A stretch of DNA of 32,000 bases from Nostoc punctiforme PCC 73102 (GCF_000020025.1 NC_010628.1:2820001-2852000); one strand, 5' to 3'. Positions 7,831-16,555 are shown, numbered from the stretch's first letter. Numbers and translations are program-made. The notes: generated from the sequence alone by a model not told the origin.

Positions 7831-10035
7831 ATGAGCGATCGCCTTATGCCTTTACCCTCATCATTCTTATTCGGTGTTGCAACTGCTGACCATCAGTGTG
7901 AAGCTTACGATTCCCAGTTTGAAGATATTCGGGATGTATGGGAACGTCGTCGCGGTATTACGGTCAGGGGTCGAGCCACTGACTTTTGGCATCGCTACGC
8001 TGAAGATATTGCCTTAGCTCAGTCCCTTGGTTGCAAGTCTTTCCGGTTTTCGATCGCTTGGTCACGGGTAGAACCTGAACCCGGTAAGTTCAGTGAAGAA
8101 GCTTTTGAACATTATCGCCAAGTAATTGAAACTATCAGATCGCATGGTTTAGAACCAATTGTAACTCTGCATCACTTCACCCATCCCATCCATGTAGAAG
8201 CACGGGGGGGTTTAACTGCGCCAGAATTTCCAGCTATTTTTGCTAACTACGCCACAGAAGTCGCCAAGCGTTTGGGTCATTTGGCACGTTATTGGATTAG
8301 CTTTAACGAACCTAGCCAATTAATTTACGGTTACATCAAGCCTTGGTGGGAAAGAGCCTATTTTATGCCCCCAGGTTTAGAGCGCGGTGCAACTATTGCC
8401 GATCAAATGACCGCCGTGCAGAAACTCATGCGGAATTTGTTTGTCTCCCATACACGCGCCAGAAATATCCTCAAAGAGTACAACCCAGATGCTCAAGTGG
8501 GAGCAAACCCCATGTTATTGGGTCTGCCTCTATGGTTGCAGAAATTGGTGGATCACAATGTCACTAATCTGCGTCGTCCCGAAGATATGATTTCTCAGGG
8601 TAAACGTTTTACTGAGCGCAGTTTGTTGGAAAAAGGAAAAGTTGATGTTGTCATTGCTAATTTGACTATTACCGCCGAGCGACAACAGCAAGTAGCGTTT
8701 TCGGAAACTTATTATCAGGCGGGGCAATTTCTCTTAGTCAAAGCCACCAGTCCCATTCAGCAACCAGAAAATCTGGCTCAGAAAACAGTAGCAGTTATCA
8801 AAAGTGCGACGGCAGAATCTACCATAGAATACCTGTTACCCAGAGTTGAAGTCAAAGTAGTAGAAGATTACGCTGATGCCTTGCAAGCCTTGGATTATGA
8901 GCAAGTGAGCGCCATTCTTGCAGATGACACAATTCTCTTGGGTCTGATGAGACAACAACCAGGGCAATATCGACTGGTGGGTAAAAATGGTGAAGGGCTG
9001 ACAGTAGAGAACTATGGCGCAGCTGTAGTTAAAGGCGATCGCGCCTTCTTGAATATTGTAGATACAGTAGTGCGACAGTTTAAAGAATCCGGGGCTTGGC
9101 AAGCTAGCTATAGTCATTACTTCCCTAATCAACCCGTCCCACCTGTACCGAAAATCGGCAGACGTTCAACCCTAGCTGACATCACCACAGGCGGATCTTC
9201 TAGTCCAACTATCGGACAGCCTCAACCCGGTACACCACTGCGACGCATTCAAGACCGTGGTTATTTAGTTGTCGCAGTCAAAGAAAACGTACCTGGGTTT
9301 GGCTACCGCGACCCCAAAACCGGAGAATTTAGCGGCTTAGAGATTGATTTAGCGCGTTTAATCGCCAAGCAAATCTTTGGCGATCCCAGCAAAGTGAAAT
9401 TTGTCGCCGTTTCCACCCAACAACGCTTACCCGTACTGCGATCGCTCACCCGCATCTTTGACCCAATTTTCAAGATTTTCAGCGTACTTTCCACATCACT
9501 GACAAGTAACTGGTGGCACTTAGGTATGGCTGGGAAATTACCCACATTCCTCTGTCCTCAAGAATGTGTAGGTCAACAAGATTTTGTTGGTTTTGACTAT
9601 TACTGGGGGATTAGCAATCTTCGACTCAACCGCATTCAACAATTAATGGATGCTGCTTTTGGACGTTTTAGTAATGCGCCAGTTTGGTCTGGTGTTCTCT
9701 ACGATATGCTCAAATTCCACGCCCAGTTATTCCCCGATAAAGAAATTATGATTATTGAGAATGGCTGTGTAGAAGTAGCCGATAAAGTCGTCAAGCGCGA
9801 AGACTACATTCGCCAGCATCTCCAACAAGTGCAACGCGCTCGTCAAGACGGGATAAACGTCATCGGTTACGTCTCCTGGTGCATCACCTCCAACCGCGAG
9901 TGGGGTCTGAAATTTGGCCCAGATAGCGATTTTGGACTATATCACATTGACCTAGATACAGACCCAGAACTCAAACGCCAACCAACCCCAGCCGCTAACT
10001 TATACCGCGATATCATCAAACAAAACAGCGTCTAA
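7831..10035 (+). CDS. glycoside hydrolase family 1 (beta-glucosidase-like) carrying an inserted, apparently circularly permuted solute-binding-protein (SBP_bac_3-like) domain
   Basis: ATG at 7831 is preceded by CAGGAG at 7817-7822; the longer ORF from 7729 lacks homology-like sequence. GH1 motifs: FLFGVATADHQCE, FRFSIAWSRVEP, LHHFTHP, FNEP (acid/base Glu codon 8308-8310), DFVGFDYYWG, IIENG (nucleophile Glu codon 9757-9759) and WCITSNREWG. The SBP-like segments lie between nt ~8635 and ~9445. Confidence 0.85.
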   Translation: MSDRLMPLPSSFLFGVATADHQCEAYDSQFEDIRDVWERRRGITVRGRATDFWHRYAEDIALAQSLGCKSFRFSIAWSRVEPEPGKFSEEAFEHYRQVIETIRSHGLEPIVTLHHFTHPIHVEARGGLTAPEFPAIFANYATEVAKRLGHLARYWISFNEPSQLIYGYIKPWWERAYFMPPGLERGATIADQMTAVQKLMRNLFVSHTRARNILKEYNPDAQVGANPMLLGLPLWLQKLVDHNVTNLRRPEDMISQGKRFTERSLLEKGKVDVVIANLTITAERQQQVAFSETYYQAGQFLLVKATSPIQQPENLAQKTVAVIKSATAESTIEYLLPRVEVKVVEDYADALQALDYEQVSAILADDTILLGLMRQQPGQYRLVGKNGEGLTVENYGAAVVKGDRAFLNIVDTVVRQFKESGAWQASYSHYFPNQPVPPVPKIGRRSTLADITTGGSSSPTIGQPQPGTPLRRIQDRGYLVVAVKENVPGFGYRDPKTGEFSGLEIDLARLIAKQIFGDPSKVKFVAVSTQQRLPVLRSLTRIFDPIFKIFSVLSTSLTSNWWHLGMAGKLPTFLCPQECVGQQDFVGFDYYWGISNLRLNRIQQLMDAAFGRFSNAPVWSGVLYDMLKFHAQLFPDKEIMIIENGCVEVADKVVKREDYIRQHLQQVQRARQDGINVIGYVSWCITSNREWGLKFGPDSDFGLYHIDLDTDPELKRQPTPAANLYRDIIKQNSV

Positions 10036-10057
10036 GGGATTTCCAAGAAATAAGTTA

Positions 10058-10203
10058 TCCAAGAAGACGTAGACGCATTAGCGTTGGCGTTCGCGGAGCG
10101 TGTCGCAGACAAGCCTCTCGTAGAGAAAGCGTAGCGACAAAGGAGCGTCAGCGGCTTGCCGCAGGCTACCACAGAGGCGCAGAGGACACAGAGAGATGAA
10201 GAA
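10058..10203. repeat. Block of Nostocales-type dispersed intergenic repeats
   Basis: ccacagaggcgcagaggacacagagagatgaagaag (10169-10203) recurs as aaccgcagaggcacagaggacacggaggaagaag at 21772-21805, and inverted at 21737-21755. The related gcgtagcgacaaaggagcgtcagcgg type of sequence resembles 31093-31150. Confidence 0.45.
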
Positions 10204-10468
10204 GAGAGAGGATTGTTGTATGAGATTTTTGAATGTTTTTTAATTTGGAAGTCCCTAATACCAATCCAAAATTCAAAATCCATATTTTACAGGGTTCCTG
10301 AGAAATATCTGTTGGTGAATTTTGGAGGATTGCTACAAACCACAAACCCTCCGCACACCTCCTGCGAGTTCTGCTTGCAATATGCGTAAACCCTCCGAGT
10401 TTAAAAAATCATGTATGTAGAGACGCACAACTTCGCCTCTCTACATCCCACTCAACCCCTTAATACCC

Positions 10469-11314
10469 ATGCCCAAAACAGTTTTCATCACCGGAACATC
10501 CAGTGGAATTGGGAAATTCACCACCATATACTTCGCGCAACAAGGCTGGAACGTTGCAGCCACGATGCGAAACCCCAGTCAAGACCAGAATTTCCGTGAA
10601 TTTCCTAACATCAAAGTATATTTTTTAGATGTTACAGATAATAACAGTATTCAAACTGCGATCGCTTCTGCCATCCAAGATTTTGGTCAAATTGATGTTT
10701 TAGTAAATAACGCTGGTTATGGCGTAGATGGTGTATTTGAAGCCATGACTGATGAAATAATCGCCAAACAATTCAATACCAACGTCTTTGGCTTGATGCG
10801 AATCACACAAGCGATCATTCCCCATCTACGTCAACAAGGCGGTGGCACTATTATTCAAATTGCCAGTATGGGAGGACGAATTACTTTCCCCTTATATAGC
10901 ATTTATCACAGTTCAAAATGGGCGGTAGAAGGGTTTAGTGAAGCTTTGCATTATGAATTAGAACCATTCAATATCAAAATTAAAATTGTTGAACCAGGTG
11001 TGATTAAAACTGAATTTTACGAAAATAATCGAGCGATCGTGCGTGATGATTTGCCGATGTATCAACCATTAGTAGATACTACACAAAGGGTATCCCAAGA
11101 AGCGGGAAGAAAAGGAGAGCCTCCAGAATTAGTTGCTCAGGCAATATTTAAAGCAGCCATCGATCGTAGTTATAAAATGCGCTATTGCGTCGGTCAACCT
11201 GCGCCCATTTTGCTTATGCTGCGTAAATTGTTGCCCGATAATTGGTTTTTCTCCATCATCAAACGTATTTATAACCTACCTTCTGGAAGCAAAACTGTCA
11301 CACCCCAAAAGTAA
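10469..11314 (+). CDS. short-chain dehydrogenase/reductase (SDR) family oxidoreductase
   Basis: VFITGTSSGIGK (TGxxxGxG), VNNAGYG (NNAG) and SIYHSSKWAVEG (YxxxK). The 281-aa length is typical of classical SDRs. Confidence 0.9.
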   Translation: MPKTVFITGTSSGIGKFTTIYFAQQGWNVAATMRNPSQDQNFREFPNIKVYFLDVTDNNSIQTAIASAIQDFGQIDVLVNNAGYGVDGVFEAMTDEIIAKQFNTNVFGLMRITQAIIPHLRQQGGGTIIQIASMGGRITFPLYSIYHSSKWAVEGFSEALHYELEPFNIKIKIVEPGVIKTEFYENNRAIVRDDLPMYQPLVDTTQRVSQEAGRKGEPPELVAQAIFKAAIDRSYKMRYCVGQPAPILLMLRKLLPDNWFFSIIKRIYNLPSGSKTVTPQK

Positions 11315-11454
11315 TTCGAAAACAGACAAACTTTCCGGCAATTTATTAAGTAAAATTACTTAATTATTAATTATTTATCAATATCCCCTACACCATTTTA
11401 TCCAAGAATATTAGGGGTTTGCGCTTCCTCTAGTAGTCTGCCAAGCTAACTTTG

Positions 11455-12185
11455 CTATGTTAAATTTGGATATAAACGCTCCATTTTTCGGCGAGCATCT
11501 TTGGTTTGAAAACCCCAATAAACACTAGCTTTTTGCTGATTACGTTTTTTCTCCCAAGCGGCAATCTCAGAAGTTAATGTTTCTGCATTAGGAATACGCC
11601 GTTCTAAACATTGGCGAGATAAAACAGATAATTCGATTTCTACCTGATTCAGCCCTTCGGGTTCGCCAGTTGCTTCAAGTCGGGGAACCCGCCCAACGCA
11701 CTGGCTCACCAAGAAGCGTGTTTAGGAGTATAGTGAAACTCTAACTTTTGAATAATTCGACGTGCTTCTTCTGGTGGAAAAACTTCATATAATGCATTGG
11801 GTGTATGAATATTCAAGTTATCAACTACTAAACGAATAACATCGGCATCTCGGTAGGAAACATCTACTAAATTTTTCATTTGTTTAGCAAAATCGGCTTT
11901 AGTTCGACGTTCTGTAACTTCGATATGCCGCCATCCAGCCAAGGGTTGAAAACATGCGAATAAATTTACTGTCCCGTTACGTTTATACTCAAAATCATAA
12001 CGTTCAGGTTGCTCTGGCTGTGGTGGCAAAGGAAGTCTTACTTTTTCTACTAATTGGTATGGACGTTCATCAAAGCAGACTACAGGGCGTTTAGGATCAT
12101 AAGGCTCATTGTATAAATCCAGCACATCTTCCATTCGGAAAACATATTCTGCGTTAACTTCAGGAATACACCATTGTTCTTTCAA
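11455..12185 (-). pseudogene. IS630-family transposase DDE domain, split by a 56-nt insertion
   Basis: ORF 11706-12185 ends ...HYTPKHASW, then a stop. ORF 11455-11712 resumes with LNQVEIELSVL after 56 extra nucleotides. The expected contiguous sequence is ...KHASWLNQVEIE..., so the domain is broken between the second Asp and the Glu of the catalytic triad. Confidence 0.8.
11653..11708 (-). repeat. 56-nt hairpin-containing mini-insertion inside the transposase gene
   Basis: On the minus strand the insert reads tgagccagtgcgttgggcgggttccccgacttgaagcaactggcgaacccgaaggg. It contains GGGTTC...GAACCC inverted repeats. Its length is not a multiple of 3 and it introduces a TGA. The boundaries are ambiguous by a few nt. 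Confidence 0.6.
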
Positions 12186-12622
12186 CCAAGGCTTAATTTC
12201 ATTTTTTTTAAAGTTTGACGTACTGTTTCATCTGAGATTGAATCTATGATACCAACGTTCACTAAATGATCTGCTAATAATTGCATTGTCCAACGCACTC
12301 TTCCTTCTGGCGGATTAGAACAAGCTGTTGCAATCAAAAATGCTTCTTGCTTTTCATCTAATTTTTTATGTTTTGGTGGATGAACTTCATCCTTTAAAGC
12401 AAAATCTAACCCTCCAATGACAAATTTTTCTCGTATTCGTTGCACTGTTGCAACATGCGCTCTAACTATGCTAGCGATCGCTTGATCCGTTTCTCCTTCG
12501 GAAGCCATCAAAAGAATGTTTGCACGGCTTATGGTTCTTGCCTTATGCTTACCTTTCTTAATTATCGATTGCAGTTGGGAAACTTCATCTTCATTCAAGT
12601 CAACAATGTACTTTTTTGCCAT
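12182..12622 (-). CDS. IS630-family transposase, N-terminal helix-turn-helix part (orfA)
   Basis: 146-aa ORF. It ends just after an A8 run (T8 at 12202-12209 on the + strand). The -1 frame continues as [14 protein letters not shown], the usual junction of IS630 transposases. Confidence 0.8.
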   Translation of the reverse strand: MAKKYIVDLNEDEVSQLQSIIKKGKHKARTISRANILLMASEGETDQAIASIVRAHVATVQRIREKFVIGGLDFALKDEVHPPKHKKLDEKQEAFLIATACSNPPEGRVRWTMQLLADHLVNVGIIDSISDETVRQTLKKMKLSLG

Positions 12623-13107
12623 GTTACACCCCGTTTTTGGCTATTTTACCAATTAGAGGTTTTACTTAGCAAAGTTACCTTGGTACACTACTAGGTGCTA
12701 TTCTAAATATGCCTAGTTGAAAAATATTATGTGCTTACCTAAGCTTTACCACAACATAGTTGGTAAACCTGCAATGATAGAGGCAACACCTGTCCAAAGA
12801 GTGAACTGCTCAATATTTCCTTCATCCAAAGCAAGACTCATTTGCTTAATTGCTGATAATAGTCCAGCTAATAGTAGTACAAAGAATGCAAAATATCTCA
12901 AAGCAATCATACTTTGCCCTACTTGAATGTAAAAGTAAACATAATAGGTTTCTAACAGGCTCTACTATGTTTTTCTGTTTCAGATTTAGCATTTTAGAAG
13001 CTAAAGGATTAAACCAATTCCCAATTCTCAACGCCCCCGTGTAATAAATTTTATACTCCCCAAAGATGCCACCTGTGTATCTAATGAGCCGAACCAGTCC
13101 CAATTGC

Positions 13108-13451
13108 CGGTTAACGCATTGTTTGTCGTCTTAACAAACTAATGTCATCGAAAGAAAAATCTTACATCATATGGTTTTCAGTTGTTGAAGCACTCGCTAA
13201 TCCGTGTCTTGAGCGATGCTCAAAAAATTACAACTCCTTAGAGCTAATTTGTAAATTCAAGTAAAGTACTTGTCTTGCACGGGTTGCAGAAATTTGAGTC
13301 AATCAAGCAGTTATTCGCTGAAACTCCGACCTAGTAACGAGATGAGTATCCTTAAGATTTTCTTTACGAATCAGCTCTTAAGCCGACTGGATTTTAACAG
13401 TTTATATCGGACGACATTAATTTGTTAAAGCGACAAACAATCTGTTAACCG
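13108..13451. mobile_element. MITE-like non-coding element with ~42-bp imperfect terminal inverted repeats
   Basis: The left end cggttaacgcattgtttgtcgtcttaacaaactaatgtcatc (13108-13149) compares with the reverse complement of 13410-13451, cggttaacagattgtttgtcgctttaacaaattaatgtcgtc. The ~260-bp interior has no credible ORF. Confidence 0.55.
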
Positions 13452-13521
13452 ACATGGGTCCTATAGAAACTTTAATTTATTTCCGCCTAGCTACTTACCT
13501 TTATCCAAAATCCAAAATTGG

Positions 13522-14673
13522 TTAATCTTCTTTTTGTAAAATATCATCATCAATCCGTTTCTCCCGATTAACATCAGGACTATCTGCTATCCAATAGTCC
13601 TCTACTTCAGGAGATTCAGAAACCATCACAAACTCAGTCTCTTTTTTCTGATTATTTCCCCATTCATCTAAAACATCTTTGATTAAAACTTCTTGCAACC
13701 ATATCTTAGCTACAACAGTCAGGGGTAGTGCTAGAAATAATCCTAAAAAGCCAAAGAAAGTAACGAAAAATAGTTGGGCAATTAAGGTTATGGCGGGCAG
13801 CAATGAAACTTGATGCGCCATCACCACAGGTGTAATGAAATTGCTCTCAACCTGTTGAATGATAAAGTAGAGAATCAAGACAGCGATCGCTTTCCAAGGT
13901 TCATCTAAGAAAGCGATCGCCATTGCTGGGATTACACTCATCGTTGGGCCTAGGTTGGGAATCAAGTTAAAAAATCCCGCTAAAATCGCCAAAGCGAGTG
14001 CTGCCTTTACACCCAAAATTGATAAACCAACCAAACTCATTACCCCCACTACACAGATGGCAATGAAAGCACCTGTAATCCATCCCTCCAAAGAGACTTC
14101 GCACTTATTTAAAATTCCTTCCACCCGCCGCCGATAAAATGAGGGGAAAAGCCGCACAAATACTTTCCGGTAGGCTAGAGGATCGGCTAACATCATTCCT
14201 GTTAAAACCAACACCAGCAAAATCTTCAGAACGACTTCCAAAGAGCCAGATACAAAGGCGAAGGAATTTCCCAGCAGACGATTGACGAATGGTTGTGCTT
14301 GTTGAATGAGGCTGTTGATATCTGGGATGTAGGGAACTAACTCGTTAGGAATGTGAGTTCTCAGGGCATCAAGCCAAGTATTAAAGCGCCCAAACCCTTT
14401 AGGAACCTGATAGGTTAGTTCTTGAAACTGCTGTGCAAATGGTGGGACAATAAGCCAGAAAAAACCCACAATGCCTGCGAAAAAGATAGCTACTGCCAGG
14501 AGAACGGCGAATCCACGCTTCATCCCAAAGCGTTGGAAGCGTTTTGCTAGCCGATTCAAGGTCGTGGCTAACACAACTGCGGCAAACATGAGCAAAAGCA
14601 CTTCCCGGATTTGCCACAGGATGTATAAAGAAAGAACTATGGCGATTAAGCCGATCCATTGACCGAGGTTCAC
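13522..14673 (-). CDS. AI-2E family transporter (PerM/UPF0118-type permease)
   Basis: 383-aa polytopic membrane protein with the characteristic N-terminus (WQIREVLLLMFAAVVLATTLN) and the conserved late segments NLIPNLGP and LALPLTVV. The start is GTG at 14673, preceded by GGGAG. Confidence 0.85.
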   Translation of the reverse strand: MNLGQWIGLIAIVLSLYILWQIREVLLLMFAAVVLATTLNRLAKRFQRFGMKRGFAVLLAVAIFFAGIVGFFWLIVPPFAQQFQELTYQVPKGFGRFNTWLDALRTHIPNELVPYIPDINSLIQQAQPFVNRLLGNSFAFVSGSLEVVLKILLVLVLTGMMLADPLAYRKVFVRLFPSFYRRRVEGILNKCEVSLEGWITGAFIAICVVGVMSLVGLSILGVKAALALAILAGFFNLIPNLGPTMSVIPAMAIAFLDEPWKAIAVLILYFIIQQVESNFITPVVMAHQVSLLPAITLIAQLFFVTFFGFLGLFLALPLTVVAKIWLQEVLIKDVLDEWGNNQKKETEFVMVSESPEVEDYWIADSPDVNREKRIDDDILQKED

Positions 14674-14763
14674 AGGCTAACTCCCAACGGTTGGCGAGAT
14701 GCAATTTTGTTGTAATTCAGCTAGGTTAGCTGATTTTAGTCACTTGTGCGTAGATCGTTTCAG

Positions 14764-14955
14764 TTAATTTTGTTTCTGTGCTTGAAATCGCCATAGTAGC
14801 GCGATCGCTATAATCACAATCGGCAACAATACTATAATTAGCGCGTTGGTTCCTGTCGTCGGAATTGATAGACTTGGCCCCACATACTTAATTAATAGTG
14901 ATAACAAAGCTGATAGTAAAAGCAGTTTCAGAACAAATCTTAGTTGATTTCCCAT
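14764..14955 (-). CDS. small two-TM membrane protein, hypothetical
   Basis: The internal ATG at 14955 of ORF 14764-15060 gives MGNQLRFVLKLLLLSALL...IVLLPIVIIAIALLW. The longer form, starting at 15060, would abut the mazF stop. The start is unresolved. Confidence 0.35.
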   Translation of the reverse strand: MGNQLRFVLKLLLLSALLSLLIKYVGPSLSIPTTGTNALIIVLLPIVIIAIALLWRFQAQKQN

Positions 14956-15060
14956 AAAAGTACGGCATAAAATTTTTTGTGGTACATACGAATTGGCACT
15001 GTACCGTCCAGTTTCTACAATAAACCTACAGATACAATCCTTTCCAACTTTCTTTGGCAT

Positions 15061-15399
15061 TCACTCCAACCCTAAATGGAGTTTGAGAGCAGCATCTACT
15101 AATTGCATCAACTCTTCATTTAAACTATTTACCACCTCTGACACAATCCTTCGCTTAGAAATTGTTCGTACCTGCTGCGCCTGTACTTTGGAAGCTAATG
15201 GTAAACCACTATTCTCTGGATTCAGTAAAACCTCGAACGGGTAAACACGGCTAACATTGGATGTAAGCGGTAAAATTGTTACCGTGCTAGCTGCACGATT
15301 ATTGGCATCATTACTGACTATCAGCACTGGGCGGCGTTTATCCATCTCAGAGCCTACAGCCGGACTGAGATTAGCGTAATAAATATCACCACGCTTCAT
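15061..15399 (-). CDS. mazF: type II toxin-antitoxin system toxin, PemK/MazF family endoribonuclease
   Basis: MKRGDIYYANLSPAVGSEMDKRRPVLIVSNDANN...ILPLTS matches the MazF/PemK N-terminal signature. It is 112 aa and overlaps the upstream antitoxin ORF by 14 nt. Confidence 0.9.
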   Translation of the reverse strand: MKRGDIYYANLSPAVGSEMDKRRPVLIVSNDANNRAASTVTILPLTSNVSRVYPFEVLLNPENSGLPLASKVQAQQVRTISKRRIVSEVVNSLNEELMQLVDAALKLHLGLE

Positions 15400-15610
15400 C
15401 GGTTAATCCATCTGTAATCGTGATATCCCAATCATTCTCAACTTCAGCAGATGCTTCTCGGTAAGCTTCTTCTAGTTCCTGTGTTCGCAACAACTGCAAT
15501 GCCTTTTCAATGACTTGGGAGCGAGATTTACAGTCATGAGCTACTTTGTAACCTTCAATAAATTGCACCAGGGACGCTGGTAAAGAAATTGATAATTTTT
15601 CAACTTGCAT
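15386..15610 (-). CDS. ribbon-helix-helix (CopG/MazE-like) antitoxin
   Basis: MQVEKLSISLPASLVQFIEGY...SRSQVIEKALQLL is an RHH-type beta-strand/helix pattern. The C-terminus is acidic. The start is taken at the ATG at 15610 inside ORF 15386-15631. Confidence 0.75.
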   Translation of the reverse strand: MQVEKLSISLPASLVQFIEGYKVAHDCKSRSQVIEKALQLLRTQELEEAYREASAEVENDWDITITDGLTDEAW

Positions 15611-15897
15611 AGTCTTACCAAACAGTAGCAAGGATATTCTTACTTAACGGTAGTCTATAAAGTAGTAATAAATCAAGTACGAATTTCTCTATGTTGGGGT
15701 AGTGTGAAGGTGCTATACAAAGGCGAAATGCAAAAATCAATTCCTTAACTTTCCCTAACTTATCCTCATCGACTCCTAGAAATTTTACTAATAGAGTGAA
15801 AGTGTTCAAGAAAAACCGACTCTTGTCAAAGCCAAAACAAGCAGACCTTTCAGAAAATCTTGAAACAATTATTAGTGAAAACAAGGAGCAATTTATT

Positions 15898-16545
15898 ATG
15901 AAGAAATCTACTCTTGTCAAAGCAACAATGGGTGCTGTCTTATTGTTAACAACAGGTATATTCAGTGTTACCAATGTTAATTCGAGTCAGGCACATTCAG
16001 CAAACCAAAAACTCAGGTATGGACAAACATACAAGCTCGTTAATGGTTACGACAATTGGCAAGGAGGTTATTTAGACACGCGGGGAAGAGGCTGTTCTGA
16101 GAATCTGCTGTGTGTTTCTACAGCCAACAACCCCAACAGAGATAACGGTAGTGGGTCTTGGAAGATTCTATCAAAAACTGGCAAAACAGGAGTTGTTGAG
16201 TCGCTCGATGACGTTTACCTGCAAAATCAATACGATCGAGGTGCTGGTGGTTACTTAGACACGCGGGGAAGAAACTGTTCTGAGAATCTACTGTGTGTCT
16301 CTACAGCCAACAACCCCAACAGAGATAGTGGTAGCGGAACCTGGAAAATAATTTCTAAATACAAATCTTCAAATGACTTACGTGAAGATCAGCCTGTTCA
16401 ACTTGTGAATGGTTATGGTAATGGTCAAGGAGGTTACTTAGATACCAGAGGTAGAGGTTGTGATGGAAATTTGTTGTGTGTCTCAACGGCTGCTGGCGCA
16501 GATAGAGATAGTGGTAGCGGAACTTGGAAATTTATTAAGCATTGA
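15898..16545 (+). CDS. secreted protein built from three tandem 61-aa repeats, each with a Cys pair (beta-trefoil/ricin-B-like is inferred only)
   Basis: ATG at 15898 lies 9 nt after AAGGAG (15884-15889). The signal-peptide-like N-terminus is MKKSTLVKATMGAVLLLTTGIFSVTNVNSSQAHS. The motif GGYLDTRGRxC..NLLCVSTA....RDxGSGxWK recurs with a 183-nt period, at 16066, 16249 and 16432. Confidence 0.7.
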   Translation: MKKSTLVKATMGAVLLLTTGIFSVTNVNSSQAHSANQKLRYGQTYKLVNGYDNWQGGYLDTRGRGCSENLLCVSTANNPNRDNGSGSWKILSKTGKTGVVESLDDVYLQNQYDRGAGGYLDTRGRNCSENLLCVSTANNPNRDSGSGTWKIISKYKSSNDLREDQPVQLVNGYGNGQGGYLDTRGRGCDGNLLCVSTAAGADRDSGSGTWKFIKH

Positions 16546-16555
16546 CATCCTCCCA

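Larger units (their letters stand above)
11433..12691 (-). mobile_element. IS630-family insertion sequence, decayed copy
   Basis: The terminal inverted repeats are gtagtctgccaagctaactttgcta (11433-11457) and the reverse complement of 12667-12691 (gtagtgtaccaaggtaactttgcta), matching at 22/25. TA is present on both flanks (11431-11432 and 12692-12693). The interior encodes an HTH ORF and a DDE transposase domain. Confidence 0.85.

Noticed and set aside
10032-10389. ORFs 10032-10283 (-) and 10156-10389 (+)
   Set aside because: They run through dispersed intergenic repeats (cacagaggcgcagaggacacagag and similar) that also occur non-coding at 21730-21805. The sequences are low-complexity with no motifs.
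12745-12910. Small two-TM membrane protein on the minus strand (MIALRYFAFFVLLLAGLLSAIKQ... / ...MSLALDEGNIEQFTLWTGVASIIAGLPTMLW)
   Set aside because: The two halves are in different frames, shifted at the caaaatg run, and neither half alone is convincing. It could be a frameshifted remnant, but there is too little evidence to call it.
15615-15974. 119-aa minus-strand ORF spanning the mazE / repeat-protein divergent spacer
   Set aside because: It overlaps the promoter region and the 5' end of the well-supported + strand gene. It has an odd composition and no motifs.
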